64,000 nt of DNA from Candidatus Poribacteria bacterium. GTDB lineage: Bacteria; Poribacteria; WGA-4E; PCPOR2b. The notes below the pieces were generated by a model, which was not told the DNA's origin, searched no databases, and saw only the letters and a list, made by a program, of their open reading frames with translations. The stretch is from positions 992,001 to 1,056,000 of the forward strand of contig OZ244587.1 in the NCBI GenBank assembly GCA_965218095.1. The letters run 5' to 3'. The translations under genes were made by a program, and so were the position numbers. Positions 51,332 through 61,247 of this stretch are shown here, one piece after another (position 1 is the first letter of the stretch; each line of letters begins with the position of its first letter).

Positions 51332-52474
51332 ATGACCTCAAACCAGAAACGACGAATTGTTCTCAATAGCCTCCTGTTGCTAACATCCCTACTCACGCTG
51401 GTTGCGGTTGCAAATGGTGAATCAAGCGACCAAAACACATTTACTGAAATCCTTCAACGGATCACATCAGCGGAACGTGAGGTTGGTTATGTTGGCAAAC
51501 GTATCTCAATAAGCTGGGCGCCCAACGATTGTATTGCACATGAGGAACTCGTTGTGCATCAGCCGCCTTCGACCCATTTCGTTAAGGTGTTGACGCCGCG
51601 AGAGGGAAACCGCTGGTCCGGACATATAGACGAATTGCGAAAGCGACGTGAGGCACTGTGGCGTAAGGAACGGCGGGGGAAACTCTCGCAACGTGAAGCT
51701 TTTATCAAACGTCGCTTCGAGAGGAGTATCTTCTCCGGACAACTACGTCAGCAACCGATCGAATCGCTGTCGCAAGCGGATATTGAGCGATTAAGTCAAA
51801 ATTATACTTTCCAGCATACCGCATCGGAGGAAATTGCAGGGTATAAGACAGATTTGCTGACGATTTCGTCCCGTTTTGAAGGGCGACCGACGAAGCATAT
51901 CTGGATCGCCAAAGAGAAGGGAATTATTCTGCGGCACGAAGGTATCGATGCACAAGGACAGCTGCGATTCTTGTCGGTGTATACACAGATTAGTTTCCAA
52001 CCGGAACGTGTTCAGCAGCAAGTAACGGAGTTCCGAGAAGGAAAAGAACCGCCGACCGAGAAACCTAAGCCAATTGAAGAGGTCTCCTTATCAGAGGCGC
52101 AAGAAGCATTTCAGCATCAGCTTATCCTTCCGGATTATCTCCCTCAAGGGTTTGAATTACAGATTGTGACTCTGATGAAGTTTCGTCCTAAACCTACTGT
52201 ACATCTACGTTATACCGATGGGTTGATGGTGTTTTCCTTGTTTGAGGAACCAACAGGAAAACGGCCCCGTGAACGACGCATGGGCAGTCATGGGGATAGA
52301 GGAGTTCGGATGAAACGCATCCATGGCACACCGGTTCAGATTATAGATCGCCGACAGATCCAGATTCTCCGATGGTTTCAAGAGGATGTAGGTTTTACCT
52401 TGATTGGTGAATTAAATCGATCTGAAATAATCCAGATTGCAGAGTCGCTGATTATCAATCCTGCACAACAATAA
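51332..52474 (+). CDS. MucB/RseB-like periplasmic sigma regulator
   Basis: Signal peptide; LolA-like N-domain; PDYLPQGF...YTDGLMVFSLFE C-domain. Confidence 0.8.
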   Translation: MTSNQKRRIVLNSLLLLTSLLTLVAVANGESSDQNTFTEILQRITSAEREVGYVGKRISISWAPNDCIAHEELVVHQPPSTHFVKVLTPREGNRWSGHIDELRKRREALWRKERRGKLSQREAFIKRRFERSIFSGQLRQQPIESLSQADIERLSQNYTFQHTASEEIAGYKTDLLTISSRFEGRPTKHIWIAKEKGIILRHEGIDAQGQLRFLSVYTQISFQPERVQQQVTEFREGKEPPTEKPKPIEEVSLSEAQEAFQHQLILPDYLPQGFELQIVTLMKFRPKPTVHLRYTDGLMVFSLFEEPTGKRPRERRMGSHGDRGVRMKRIHGTPVQIIDRRQIQILRWFQEDVGFTLIGELNRSEIIQIAESLIINPAQQ

Positions 52475-52528
52475 CGTAGCAGTAGAACAGAACTGCTGGT
52501 TCTAAACTAACAAAATGGAGGTTTTATC

Positions 52529-53029
52529 ATGAGACGCAAACTGTTTGTCCTATTCACAATTCTCGCAATCGCAGCCGTTAGTATGTTTATTACAAATCAA
52601 GTTACCCAGGCACAACGCCCGGAGCGCCCGGAGCGTGGAGAAAGGCGCGGCGGGCCCGGTGGGCCTGGTGGACGCGGGAGAATGAATCCCACTCGTTTAA
52701 TCGAAAACTCATGGGCGGAACTCACGTTTGCCATCAAAGCAGACGATGAAACCCTCCTGAAGCCCCGTCCGACCCATCAAAAGGCTTGGGAGGACATCAC
52801 TAAAACTGTGGAGGCTCGCGAAACCGGTGACTTCCAGGGTATCCGTGACGAAATGAAGTTAATCAACAAAGAGTTTATGGAGGGTCTGAAAGAGGTTTTG
52901 ACTGAAGAACAGTTGACCCAACTCAAGGAATCGCAACAAAAACGGATGGAACGCGAGTTCAGAGGCAGAGGGCGTCGCGGCGAAGGAAGGCACGGCGGAG
53001 GTCCGCGTGGTGGTGATGCAGACCGCTAG
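52529..53029 (+). CDS. secreted Spy/CpxP-like helical protein with Gly/Arg-rich ends
   Basis: Signal peptide; VLTEEQ (LTxxQ) motif. Confidence 0.65.
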   Translation: MRRKLFVLFTILAIAAVSMFITNQVTQAQRPERPERGERRGGPGGPGGRGRMNPTRLIENSWAELTFAIKADDETLLKPRPTHQKAWEDITKTVEARETGDFQGIRDEMKLINKEFMEGLKEVLTEEQLTQLKESQQKRMEREFRGRGRRGEGRHGGGPRGGDADR

Positions 53030-53092
53030 GCATCGCGGCGTAAGTTGTTGACCCTTGTCTGCCGAATTTCGCTTGAGAATCACAACACATTG

Positions 53093-53141
53093 ATGGGTAG
53101 GGTGTGTCAATGATTGAAGACATGTCCTACCCATTTTTTTT
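53093..53141 (+). terminator. rho-independent terminator
   Basis: ATGGGTAGG...CCTACCCAT stem followed by a T-run. Confidence 0.65.
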
Positions 53142-53353
53142 ATTCTCTCAATGGGTCATTTTCACGAAAGTTTGGTTACACTTTCCAAAGTGACCAAAAA
53201 ATCCGGTATCAAATGATACAAAGAAGCAAGTTGAGCGAAGCAGTCGGTGCCCCCATCCATCGGGGCGCCTGAATCCCTGTACCTGTCCTGTGAACCAATG
53301 TCTTCTCAATGCTAAACGGAAAGTGTTAGCCGGCGTTTGAACTCCGATTCGTG

Positions 53354-53382
53354 TTGACATAAAATAGATAATCTGGTAAAAT
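53354..53382 (+). promoter_or_regulatory. sigma70-type promoter
   Basis: TTGACA-17 bp-TAAAAT. Confidence 0.6.
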
Positions 53383-53582
53383 GCAATTCAACCTACCTAA
53401 CATATCGAACCTTTCACTATAAGGTTCGTGATATGTTTTGAAATATCTCCGTTTATTCGCAAACGTCTGCTCAGGAGGTGAAAAGTGAGGATCTACTTAC
53501 CTGAACGCGGGTTTACTTTCATTTATTGAGACGATCCGGCATGCAACACAGGCAGATCAGGGATTAAAGTCAAGGAGGTCAA

Positions 53583-54014
53583 ATGGTGATATGTTTACCT
53601 GGAAGTCTAATCATTTTGGTCCTATGCTTATCTCCTGCACCAGCTCAAGAAATCACTGACCTGGAGTTTATCCTGAAATTCAATCCGATTGAAACACTTC
53701 AGCAACGTGAGGTCATCCGTTTGAATTTTGAAGAAACGTCCGAATTGAAATTCCTCTCGGCACGCTTGATTCGGATCTACCAGAAATTTATTTCGACACA
53801 AGATCGCCCTGTCTGCAATTTTACGCCAAGCTGTTCTCGATTCGGGATGGGAGCTATCCAAAAACATGGATTCTTTCGCGGTGTATTGCTGACCGCAGAT
53901 CGCCTTCTGCGTGACCATGGGATGATACTGGATACCCACTACCATATCCATCCACATACCGGAAGGTATTTCGATCCCGTTGAAGACTATTCGTCAGAAG
54001 CGCTGGAGAGATGA
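53583..54014 (+). CDS. YidD-like (membrane protein insertion efficiency factor) domain protein
   Basis: IRIYQKFIS...CNFTPSCS...AIQKHGFFRG...DRLLR. Confidence 0.8.
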   Translation: MVICLPGSLIILVLCLSPAPAQEITDLEFILKFNPIETLQQREVIRLNFEETSELKFLSARLIRIYQKFISTQDRPVCNFTPSCSRFGMGAIQKHGFFRGVLLTADRLLRDHGMILDTHYHIHPHTGRYFDPVEDYSSEALER

Positions 54015-55009
54015 GGAAACTAGAAAGCCAGGGAACCATAGAACCAAAATACTTCACTCAGAGTTCATTGGTTCAGACAGCCATTGGTTCAGGAGTTCAC
54101 TTACACATCACGTTTCACGTTTCACGTTTCATACATTACATTTTACATTTCACGTTTTACGTATTTTGTGTACTCGTAACGGTATCAGAGGGCGCAGATG
54201 ACACAGTGGTTGATTATTACCACCCGGCGAACGTTCTCAAATTTGCCAATGCCCTCTACCGGCAAGGAGATTACTTGCGTGCCGCAGGTGAGTATCAGCG
54301 ATACCTTTTCCACAAACCACAGAACGCAGATCAGATTTTGTACCAGATTGCCGTGAGTTATCGATTGGGCGGACAAGTGGATCGCGCCCTTCAGTTTTTT
54401 GAAACCATCCCCCGAGAACACCCACAGAGCGAGTTTGCCGACATTGCACACACCGAAATTGGGTACTCTTATCTTCTGATGGGACAGTACGATCAATCGA
54501 TTCGCTTTCTCAACGAAACGCAGCATCGGATTCATGACCGGAACTACCGTTGGAGATCTCAACAACTCATTGGACTGAACTACCTCATGCAGAAACGGTG
54601 GGATGATGCCAGCCGTTTATTTAACCAATTTGACCGGAACATAATTCCTCCTGACCTTCAGGAAACGGTGTCAACCTACAAGGGATACGCCGAAGATGGC
54701 AAAAACCTCCCTGCCAAAAGCCCTATTTTCGCAGGACTATTTTCTGCGATTGTTCCAGGCACAGGAAAAATCTATGCCGGACGGTCAAATGATGCACTCT
54801 TCACCTGGCTAGTGCTAGGCTTGACAGGATGGCAGGCTTACGACGGGTTTCACAGGGATGGTGTCTCATCGACCAAGGGCTGGATATTTGGAACAATCGG
54901 CGGATTCTTTTACCTTGGAAATGTCTACGGTTCTACCGTCGCCGTCCAGATTTACAATCGCCAGGTGGAAGCGGAGTTCCTAGCAACAATTCAAATAGAA
55001 TTTCCATGA
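54011..55009 (+). CDS. tetratricopeptide repeat protein with C-terminal membrane segment
   Basis: TPR helices; KSP..AGLFSAIVPGTGKIY motif. Confidence 0.8.
   Translation: MRKLESQGTIEPKYFTQSSLVQTAIGSGVHLHITFHVSRFIHYILHFTFYVFCVLVTVSEGADDTVVDYYHPANVLKFANALYRQGDYLRAAGEYQRYLFHKPQNADQILYQIAVSYRLGGQVDRALQFFETIPREHPQSEFADIAHTEIGYSYLLMGQYDQSIRFLNETQHRIHDRNYRWRSQQLIGLNYLMQKRWDDASRLFNQFDRNIIPPDLQETVSTYKGYAEDGKNLPAKSPIFAGLFSAIVPGTGKIYAGRSNDALFTWLVLGLTGWQAYDGFHRDGVSSTKGWIFGTIGGFFYLGNVYGSTVAVQIYNRQVEAEFLATIQIEFP
54096..54165. repeat. heptamer tandem repeat (CGTTTCA family) inside the 5' region of the TPR ORF
   Basis: CATCACG TTTCACG TTTCACG TTTCATA CATTACA TTTTACA TTTCACG TTTTACG. Confidence 0.75.
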
Positions 55010-55911
55010 TAAATCAGCAAATCAACGAATCAGCGAATTACGCATTACGTTTCACGTTTCACGGTGTTGCTGCCCTCATCACGACATTTTTGCTGTTTCG
55101 CGTCGCCCCAACCTCTGCATCAGACCCCGTCTTAGATCTTGGCGACTACCTGTTTTCGCTGCAAAGCTACGATGAAGCGATTACCGAGTATAAACGTTTT
55201 CTCTTTTTCCATCCCGATGATTTGCAGGTGAGCAATGTGCTTCACAAAATCGGTATGGCATACCGATCTGAGGGGCGTTGGACCGAAACCATCGAAGCCA
55301 TGGAAGCCGCGATCCAACAAACGGCAGATGCTGAGTTGAAATCTGAAAGAAGTATAGATCTGGCAGTGACAATGATTGCGCGTGGCGACTACAACCTTGC
55401 ACTGCTAGAATTACTCAAGGTTTCAACCCAGCGTTTACCCAATCGGCTGCGTCAACGTGCGCTCTACCTTCAGGGGGTTACCCATCTGTACACCTTCAAT
55501 TGGGAGCATGCGCATCAGGCATTCAAAGCGTATTTTGCTGCAAACCCGGAATCACAATCGAAAGGGGAAACCATCAACGCCCTATTTGAGGAAGCCATCC
55601 ATCGGCCACAAAAATCTATAGTGGCTGCCAGAGTGCTTTCGACGATTTTGCCGGGAGCTGGGCAAACTTACGTCGGAGATTGGAAAAATGGGCTGAATGC
55701 GCTTGTTCTTAATGGACTACTCGGTTCTATCTCAGTCAATGCAGCAATTGATCAGCGTTATCAAGATGCAGTTTTTTCCGGGTTTTTTCTCCTTCTACGA
55801 TATTATTTGGGTAATCGATATCGCGCGGGCGAAGCAGCGAAACAGTTCAATGATCGGTCGAATCGTCGGCATGCCGCAAAAATCCTGCAAGCCTTGACCT
55901 TGCCGGACTAA
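55006..55911 (+). CDS. tetratricopeptide repeat protein, paralogous to the upstream gene
   Basis: YDEAITEYKRFLFFHP; KS..AARVLSTILPGAGQTY motif. Confidence 0.8.
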   Translation: MINQQINESANYALRFTFHGVAALITTFLLFRVAPTSASDPVLDLGDYLFSLQSYDEAITEYKRFLFFHPDDLQVSNVLHKIGMAYRSEGRWTETIEAMEAAIQQTADAELKSERSIDLAVTMIARGDYNLALLELLKVSTQRLPNRLRQRALYLQGVTHLYTFNWEHAHQAFKAYFAANPESQSKGETINALFEEAIHRPQKSIVAARVLSTILPGAGQTYVGDWKNGLNALVLNGLLGSISVNAAIDQRYQDAVFSGFFLLLRYYLGNRYRAGEAAKQFNDRSNRRHAAKILQALTLPD

Positions 55912-56167
55912 ACCCAGAGATTTACCAATCATTGGGTGATTAACCTTATCTTGACAAAGAAATTGAAACAATTGATGATTGCTTTGTCGGCTTTCTTTGA
56001 ATCCATAGGACTTATGCAGCCGATGTACAGAACCTGCGATTTGACCGCATCTTGAATCCTGAATCCGATACAAGATGCACAGGAGGTTGGGGTATAATCA
56101 GCCGATTCAATTGCGTAAGTCCTGATCCATAGACAATCATCAATCATCACTGTGGAGGCAATAACCT

Positions 56168-58537
56168 ATGAATGTAGTTGGAACTTCTGCCAAGCGCATT
56201 GATGGCATAGAGAAAGTAACTGGAACGGCACAGTTTACGACGGACATTGTGCTGCCGCGTATGATTCATGGGAAGATTAAGCGGAGTTCGGTCGCGCACG
56301 CGAAGGTCGTGCGCATTGATACCAGTCAAGCTGAACAACTGCCTGGCGTCCGCGCGGTCATCACCGCTGCTGACCTGCCTGATGTGCGTTTAGGCGTCCT
56401 GACCCTGGATGAACATTTACTCGCCCGCGACAAGGTACGCCTTGTCGGTGAGCCAGTTGCAGCGGTCGCTGCGGACACGCCGGAGGTTGCGCGGGCGGCA
56501 TGTGAACGGATTGAGGTCGAATACGAGGAACTCCCAACCCTCTTCGACCCAGAGAAAGCGATTAAATTAGACCCGCCGGTGGTGCTCCACGAGGAATATG
56601 AAGATTACGAAAAACTCCTCGAACTCGCCGAAATGGACGAGCGCCCACCTAATCTCTGGCAAGCCTACCGCATCCGCCACGGCGACATTGACGCTACGTT
56701 CAAAAAAGCCGACGACGAGGGCGGCTTCATCATCGAAAACCGTTACGCAACCGGATACGTCCACACGGCGTGTATGGAGCCACATGGGGCAGTTGCACAA
56801 TGGAGTCCCGACGGCACACTGATCCTCTGGGCAGGCGGGCAGTCGCCTTATATCGCACGCGACGGCTTGGCGAAGGCACTCGATCTGTCGCCCTCCAAAG
56901 TCCGCGTCATTGTTCCGTCTGTCGGTGGAGCCTTCGGCGGAAAGTTGACGGTCAAAGAGGGCGCCATCGCTGCCGCCCTTGCCCGCAAGGCGCGTCGTCC
57001 GGTCAAGATTATTTTGACCCGCGAGGAAGACCTCTCTGCCACCGCGGCGCGCACGCCGTTCATCTTCTACATGAAGGACGCTGTGAGCAAAGATGGCATC
57101 CTGATCGGACGTAAAATCACGTCGATTTTCTGGGGCGGAGGCTATAGCGGTGAGGGCATCCTCAAACCAATCTTCTCCACGCATCTCTACCCTGGCTCCT
57201 ACCGTCTGTCCGCGCTCTGGGTGGATTCCTACGGCGTTTATACCAACCGTATTTCCGGCGGCGCCTTGCGGGGCTACGGCTGCGCGGAGTCGGCGTGGGC
57301 GGTCGAAACCCAGATGGACATCATCGCGGAAAAATGCAACATTGACGCGGTTGAACTCCGTATAAAAAATCTGCTGACGGAAGGCGAGCGCACCGCCATC
57401 ACGATGCCTGCCTACGCATTTAGCGCGCATGAATGCTTGACCAAGTGCGCCGATGCAATCGAGTGGGGAACTCCTTCCGAGCAGCCCGGACACCCATGGT
57501 ATCGCGGTAAGGGCATCGCCCTGGGCAATAAGTATTCCTTCGCACCAACCGCCTCCAGCACAGAGCTGAAAGTCCACGAGGATGCTTCCTGTGAACTGCG
57601 AACCAGCGCGGTCGATTTAGGGCAGGGTGCCTATACCGTTCTCACGCAAATCGTCGCCAATGAGTTCGGTGTCGATATCGAGAAGGTCAAGTTGGTCACG
57701 CCGGACACCGCGATTACGCCCTTCGACCATGTCGCCGGTTCCAGCAGACAGACCTTTCATACCGGCAACGCCACGCTCATGGCGTGTGACGACGCTAAAC
57801 GCCAGATGCGGGAACTCGCCGCACCGAAGTTGGAAGCTGACCCTGACGACCTGGATGTTTCTGGCGGGCGCATCTTCGTGAAAGGTTATCCCGACAAGTT
57901 CATCGAAGTCGAAGACCTGTTCGTGGTTGAGATGCTGGCAGGCAAACGTCCGGCGGATGCCGAGGTTATCGGCAAGGCAACCTGGGAGGTCAGCGCCAGT
58001 GCACATGACCCGAACACTGGTCAGGGCGAGGAGCCGATGGCTTACATGGGACACGGCGCACAGGCGGCGGAAGTCGAAGTCAACGTTGAGACCGGGCAGG
58101 TACGTATACGAAAGTTTGCCTCGGCAATTGACGTTGGCAAGGCGATGAACCCGCAAGGGGTCGAAATGCAGAACTTCGGCGGTGGGTGCATGGGCATTGG
58201 TATTGCTTTGCACGAGGACATGTGTTTCGACGGAGGTGGACAGATGACCAACGCTAGCTTTATGGACTACAAAATTCCTTCTATCGCCGAGATGCCGTTG
58301 AGCGAATATATGAAGTCCATCATCGTCGAGGTCCCCCACGAGAAGGGCCCTTATGGCGCCAAAGGCGCGGGCGAAATCGTGGTCGTGCCGACCTCGCCCG
58401 CGATCGGCAACGCGATTTACGACACGATTGGCGTGCGCATCTGGGATCAACCGCTCACTCCCGAGAAGGTCGTCAAGGCCTGGAAAGAGAAGGGTGCAGC
58501 GGACAACGGCGCCGAGTCATCAACCACAGCGGGATAG
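56168..58537 (+). CDS. xanthine dehydrogenase family molybdopterin-binding (large) subunit
   Basis: RIDGIEKVTG, VGGAFGGK, ALRGYG, DLGQG, SSRQT, GPYGAKGAGE motifs. Confidence 0.93.
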   Translation: MNVVGTSAKRIDGIEKVTGTAQFTTDIVLPRMIHGKIKRSSVAHAKVVRIDTSQAEQLPGVRAVITAADLPDVRLGVLTLDEHLLARDKVRLVGEPVAAVAADTPEVARAACERIEVEYEELPTLFDPEKAIKLDPPVVLHEEYEDYEKLLELAEMDERPPNLWQAYRIRHGDIDATFKKADDEGGFIIENRYATGYVHTACMEPHGAVAQWSPDGTLILWAGGQSPYIARDGLAKALDLSPSKVRVIVPSVGGAFGGKLTVKEGAIAAALARKARRPVKIILTREEDLSATAARTPFIFYMKDAVSKDGILIGRKITSIFWGGGYSGEGILKPIFSTHLYPGSYRLSALWVDSYGVYTNRISGGALRGYGCAESAWAVETQMDIIAEKCNIDAVELRIKNLLTEGERTAITMPAYAFSAHECLTKCADAIEWGTPSEQPGHPWYRGKGIALGNKYSFAPTASSTELKVHEDASCELRTSAVDLGQGAYTVLTQIVANEFGVDIEKVKLVTPDTAITPFDHVAGSSRQTFHTGNATLMACDDAKRQMRELAAPKLEADPDDLDVSGGRIFVKGYPDKFIEVEDLFVVEMLAGKRPADAEVIGKATWEVSASAHDPNTGQGEEPMAYMGHGAQAAEVEVNVETGQVRIRKFASAIDVGKAMNPQGVEMQNFGGGCMGIGIALHEDMCFDGGGQMTNASFMDYKIPSIAEMPLSEYMKSIIVEVPHEKGPYGAKGAGEIVVVPTSPAIGNAIYDTIGVRIWDQPLTPEKVVKAWKEKGAADNGAESSTTAG

Positions 58538-58599
58538 CCTTAAACGTTATCCGAAAAGGTTTTTATATACTGGATAGATCTACTAGCCTATCTAATAAT

Positions 58600-59710
58600 T
58601 GAGGGGTGTGCATAAATATAGTTGACATAATCAAGCCAAAAGGGTTTCCTATTGTTATCATAGCAAAAGGAGCCCCAATATGGTACAAAGACCAATGTTG
58701 GCTGATTATGTCACTCTTATTATGCAACTCTTTGAGCAGTTTATGCAACACCGTATTGACAAACCAGGTGTCACACACGCAAAACCATTGACATATTCAA
58801 CCACCTCGTTTATCATTTTCTTCATGTTGATGCAGTTTCACGGCATCTATGGCTTCAAAACGCAATGGCGGTGGCTAATCAATCACCCAGAAGTGTTACA
58901 AATGCTGGGGTGGCAACAGCCCCCTCATCGAACCACGATTGCACGTCGCTATAAGGCATTATATGAAGTGATAGAGGCATTTGTATTGTTTATCGGTCAG
59001 TATGCCACTGACTTGTCCCAACAATTCAACTTGGCTCATCTGGTAGCCGACAAAAGTTTATTTAAGGCACGAGGACCCGTCTAGCATCAAACTGACCGCA
59101 AAGCAGGAAAAGCACCTAAACATCTACGCAACCTCGACACCGATGCCACGTGGAGCAAGAGTGGTTATCATGGCTGGGTCTATGGCTACGGACTTCACAT
59201 TATCTGCACACAAGGTGCGTTCCCAACACTGATAACTGTGCACCGTGCGTCGGTCTCCGAAAGTTGGGCGATAGATGCTAAAGCGTCTGAGATTCTGACA
59301 CAACTTTCACCGCAGACACTCACTGCCGATGATGCCTATACCCAAGCAGACCGTATCCGTTGTTGGGCGAAGGCACAAGTCGCTTTGATTACCCCGGCAC
59401 TTAGATGGACAAAGGGACGGTTTGCCAAGGCGTATCATCGATTTATCAACCAACCCAAGCAGCGTCTCTGTTTAAGCAAACGTCGCAGTTCGGTTGAACC
59501 GTTGTTTGACTTGATTGCTAAAGTGATAGGCACCACTCCTCAACAGAAGCAGTTACCGGTCAAGGGGTTTTTCAATGTACGCTGTTGTTTAGCTATCGGG
59601 GTGTTATCAGTGCAAGTGGCTATGATTGCCAATGCCATATGGAAGTTACCTGCTCGCAATATCTCTCATATGGCGGCTGTTTTCCAATGAACTACTATGC
59701 ACACCCCTCA
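58600..59710 (+). mobile_element. insertion sequence with DDE transposase, 15-bp IRs, 8-9 bp target duplication
   Basis: TGAGGGGTGTGCATA / TATGCACACCCCTCA perfect IRs; CTAATAAT on both flanks. Confidence 0.88.
58680..59690 (+). pseudogene. DDE (DDE_Tnp_1-like) transposase with in-frame TAG at 59082-59084
   Basis: One frame: PHRTTIARRY, ADKSL, DTDATW..YGYGLH, ADDAY, RRSSVEPLF. Confidence 0.82.
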
Positions 59711-59989
59711 GCTAATAATTCAGATTAACCCAGTATTTACAGGCATTGAATTTATCATTTCGGACACCAACGCCGTCCTAATCGGGGTTGGTTTGATGTT
59801 TGCCCCCAGACTTTTTAGATAGGCTCTAAGTACCAGAACAAAATTAAATCGATAATCGAAATCATACCCACCCGTGAGCGTTCAACCATGCAACCTGAGA
59901 AGTGATGAGTGACAAGTGATAACTGCTCGTCACCCATCACTCGTCATCAATTGATGAGTGCAACGTGACCTGCACCTGCGATTTGGAGA

Positions 59990-60300
59990 TGGGCACCTAC
60001 CCCAACGGCACAACCGCTCACCACACCCTCGACCCGCTGAATCGGTTAGGCCTTCTTTCTCCAGTACGAATTCAGTGACATCACACTAATGAGCGGACTG
60101 GACCGCGACTATGACCCTCTCTCAAATGTCGCCAGCCCCAATCGAGACGACACCGGCGCTGGCAAAAACAACAAGATCTTCACTTTCGGTTACAACGAAC
60201 TTTCCCCCCTGACGCCTGCCAACTACGACGGTGAGTTGGTCACCTGCACTAGCGATGTGGTTGGCAATCGGCTGAGTCTTTTCAGCACAGTCGTCGGTCT
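59990..60300 (+). pseudogene. degraded RHS/YD-repeat fragment
   Basis: YPNGTTAHHTLDPLNRL, DYDPLSN, FGYNELS, SDVVGNRLS resemble YD repeats. Confidence 0.45.
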
Positions 60301-60341
60301 TTATGGCCAGATCATCACCCACCGCTCCCGGAAAAAATGCG

Positions 60342-60370
60342 TTGACAGAAATCAGCGGAGTCGGTAAAAT
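60342..60370 (+). promoter_or_regulatory. sigma70-type promoter
   Basis: TTGACA-17 bp-TAAAAT upstream of the PhyH gene. Confidence 0.6.
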
Positions 60371-60404
60371 CAGCTACATTCGTCAGTAAGGGAGGAACAA
60401 GCAG

Positions 60405-61205
60405 ATGGCAAAAGCACTACCGCTCGTTGCATCCCCAGAGCTGGAAAGTCAGGTGAAAGCCATAGAGAATGAGGGCTTTGTCTATTTTCCCGGTGTCATC
60501 AAGTCAACGGAAATCGCTGAACTGCGAGCCGCCATGGATCGCCTGACGGCGATATCAGAGAGCTTCGATAGGCACGGTACGCCTGAAAACGGCGGTTTCC
60601 TCAACAAACACATCAATAATGCGTTCAATCGGGATGTCCTTTTTCTTCAGTACCTCGACAAGCTAGGGATCATTGAATTGGAAGAGGCGGTTCACGGCGA
60701 CGATTGTCACATCATCGGGATGACCGCGTGGATGACGGGGCCGGGACATCCGGATCAGGCGTTGCATACCGATTGGCTGCCGATTGGTTTGCCTGAAGAT
60801 GTGCTGGCGCATCCGCGGGTGAAGGTTCCGATTTTCATCACCACCGCCCATTTCTATCTGGATGATATGTACGAAGAGTTGGGCCCCACAAAATTTGTCC
60901 CGGTCAGCCACCGCGCGGGGCACCCCCCCGATGGTGATACCGAATGGAAAGGGGTTGGAGAGCAAAGCATTTTGTGTAACGCCGGCGACGTCGTCGTTTT
61001 CCGAAGTGAGGTCTGGCATCGTGGATCGGCAAATCGGAGCAACCAGAACCGTTATCTGTTACAGGTGCATTACGCCAATCGCATGATCACCCAGAAATTT
61101 CCGCCTTACCTCAACAGGTTTCAGTTTGATGAGATGATTCTCGCCCAGGCAACGCCTCGACAGCAGCGATTGCTCGGTGACCACCGGCCAAGCAATTACG
61201 ATTGA
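60405..61205 (+). CDS. phytanoyl-CoA dioxygenase (PhyH) family protein
   Basis: LHTD (HxD), GPTKFVPVSH, VWHRGSAN..R motifs. Confidence 0.9.
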   Translation: MAKALPLVASPELESQVKAIENEGFVYFPGVIKSTEIAELRAAMDRLTAISESFDRHGTPENGGFLNKHINNAFNRDVLFLQYLDKLGIIELEEAVHGDDCHIIGMTAWMTGPGHPDQALHTDWLPIGLPEDVLAHPRVKVPIFITTAHFYLDDMYEELGPTKFVPVSHRAGHPPDGDTEWKGVGEQSILCNAGDVVVFRSEVWHRGSANRSNQNRYLLQVHYANRMITQKFPPYLNRFQFDEMILAQATPRQQRLLGDHRPSNYD

Positions 61206-61247
61206 ATCTCCGATAATGAGAAGGGCGCAAGACAATGAAGGAGATGA

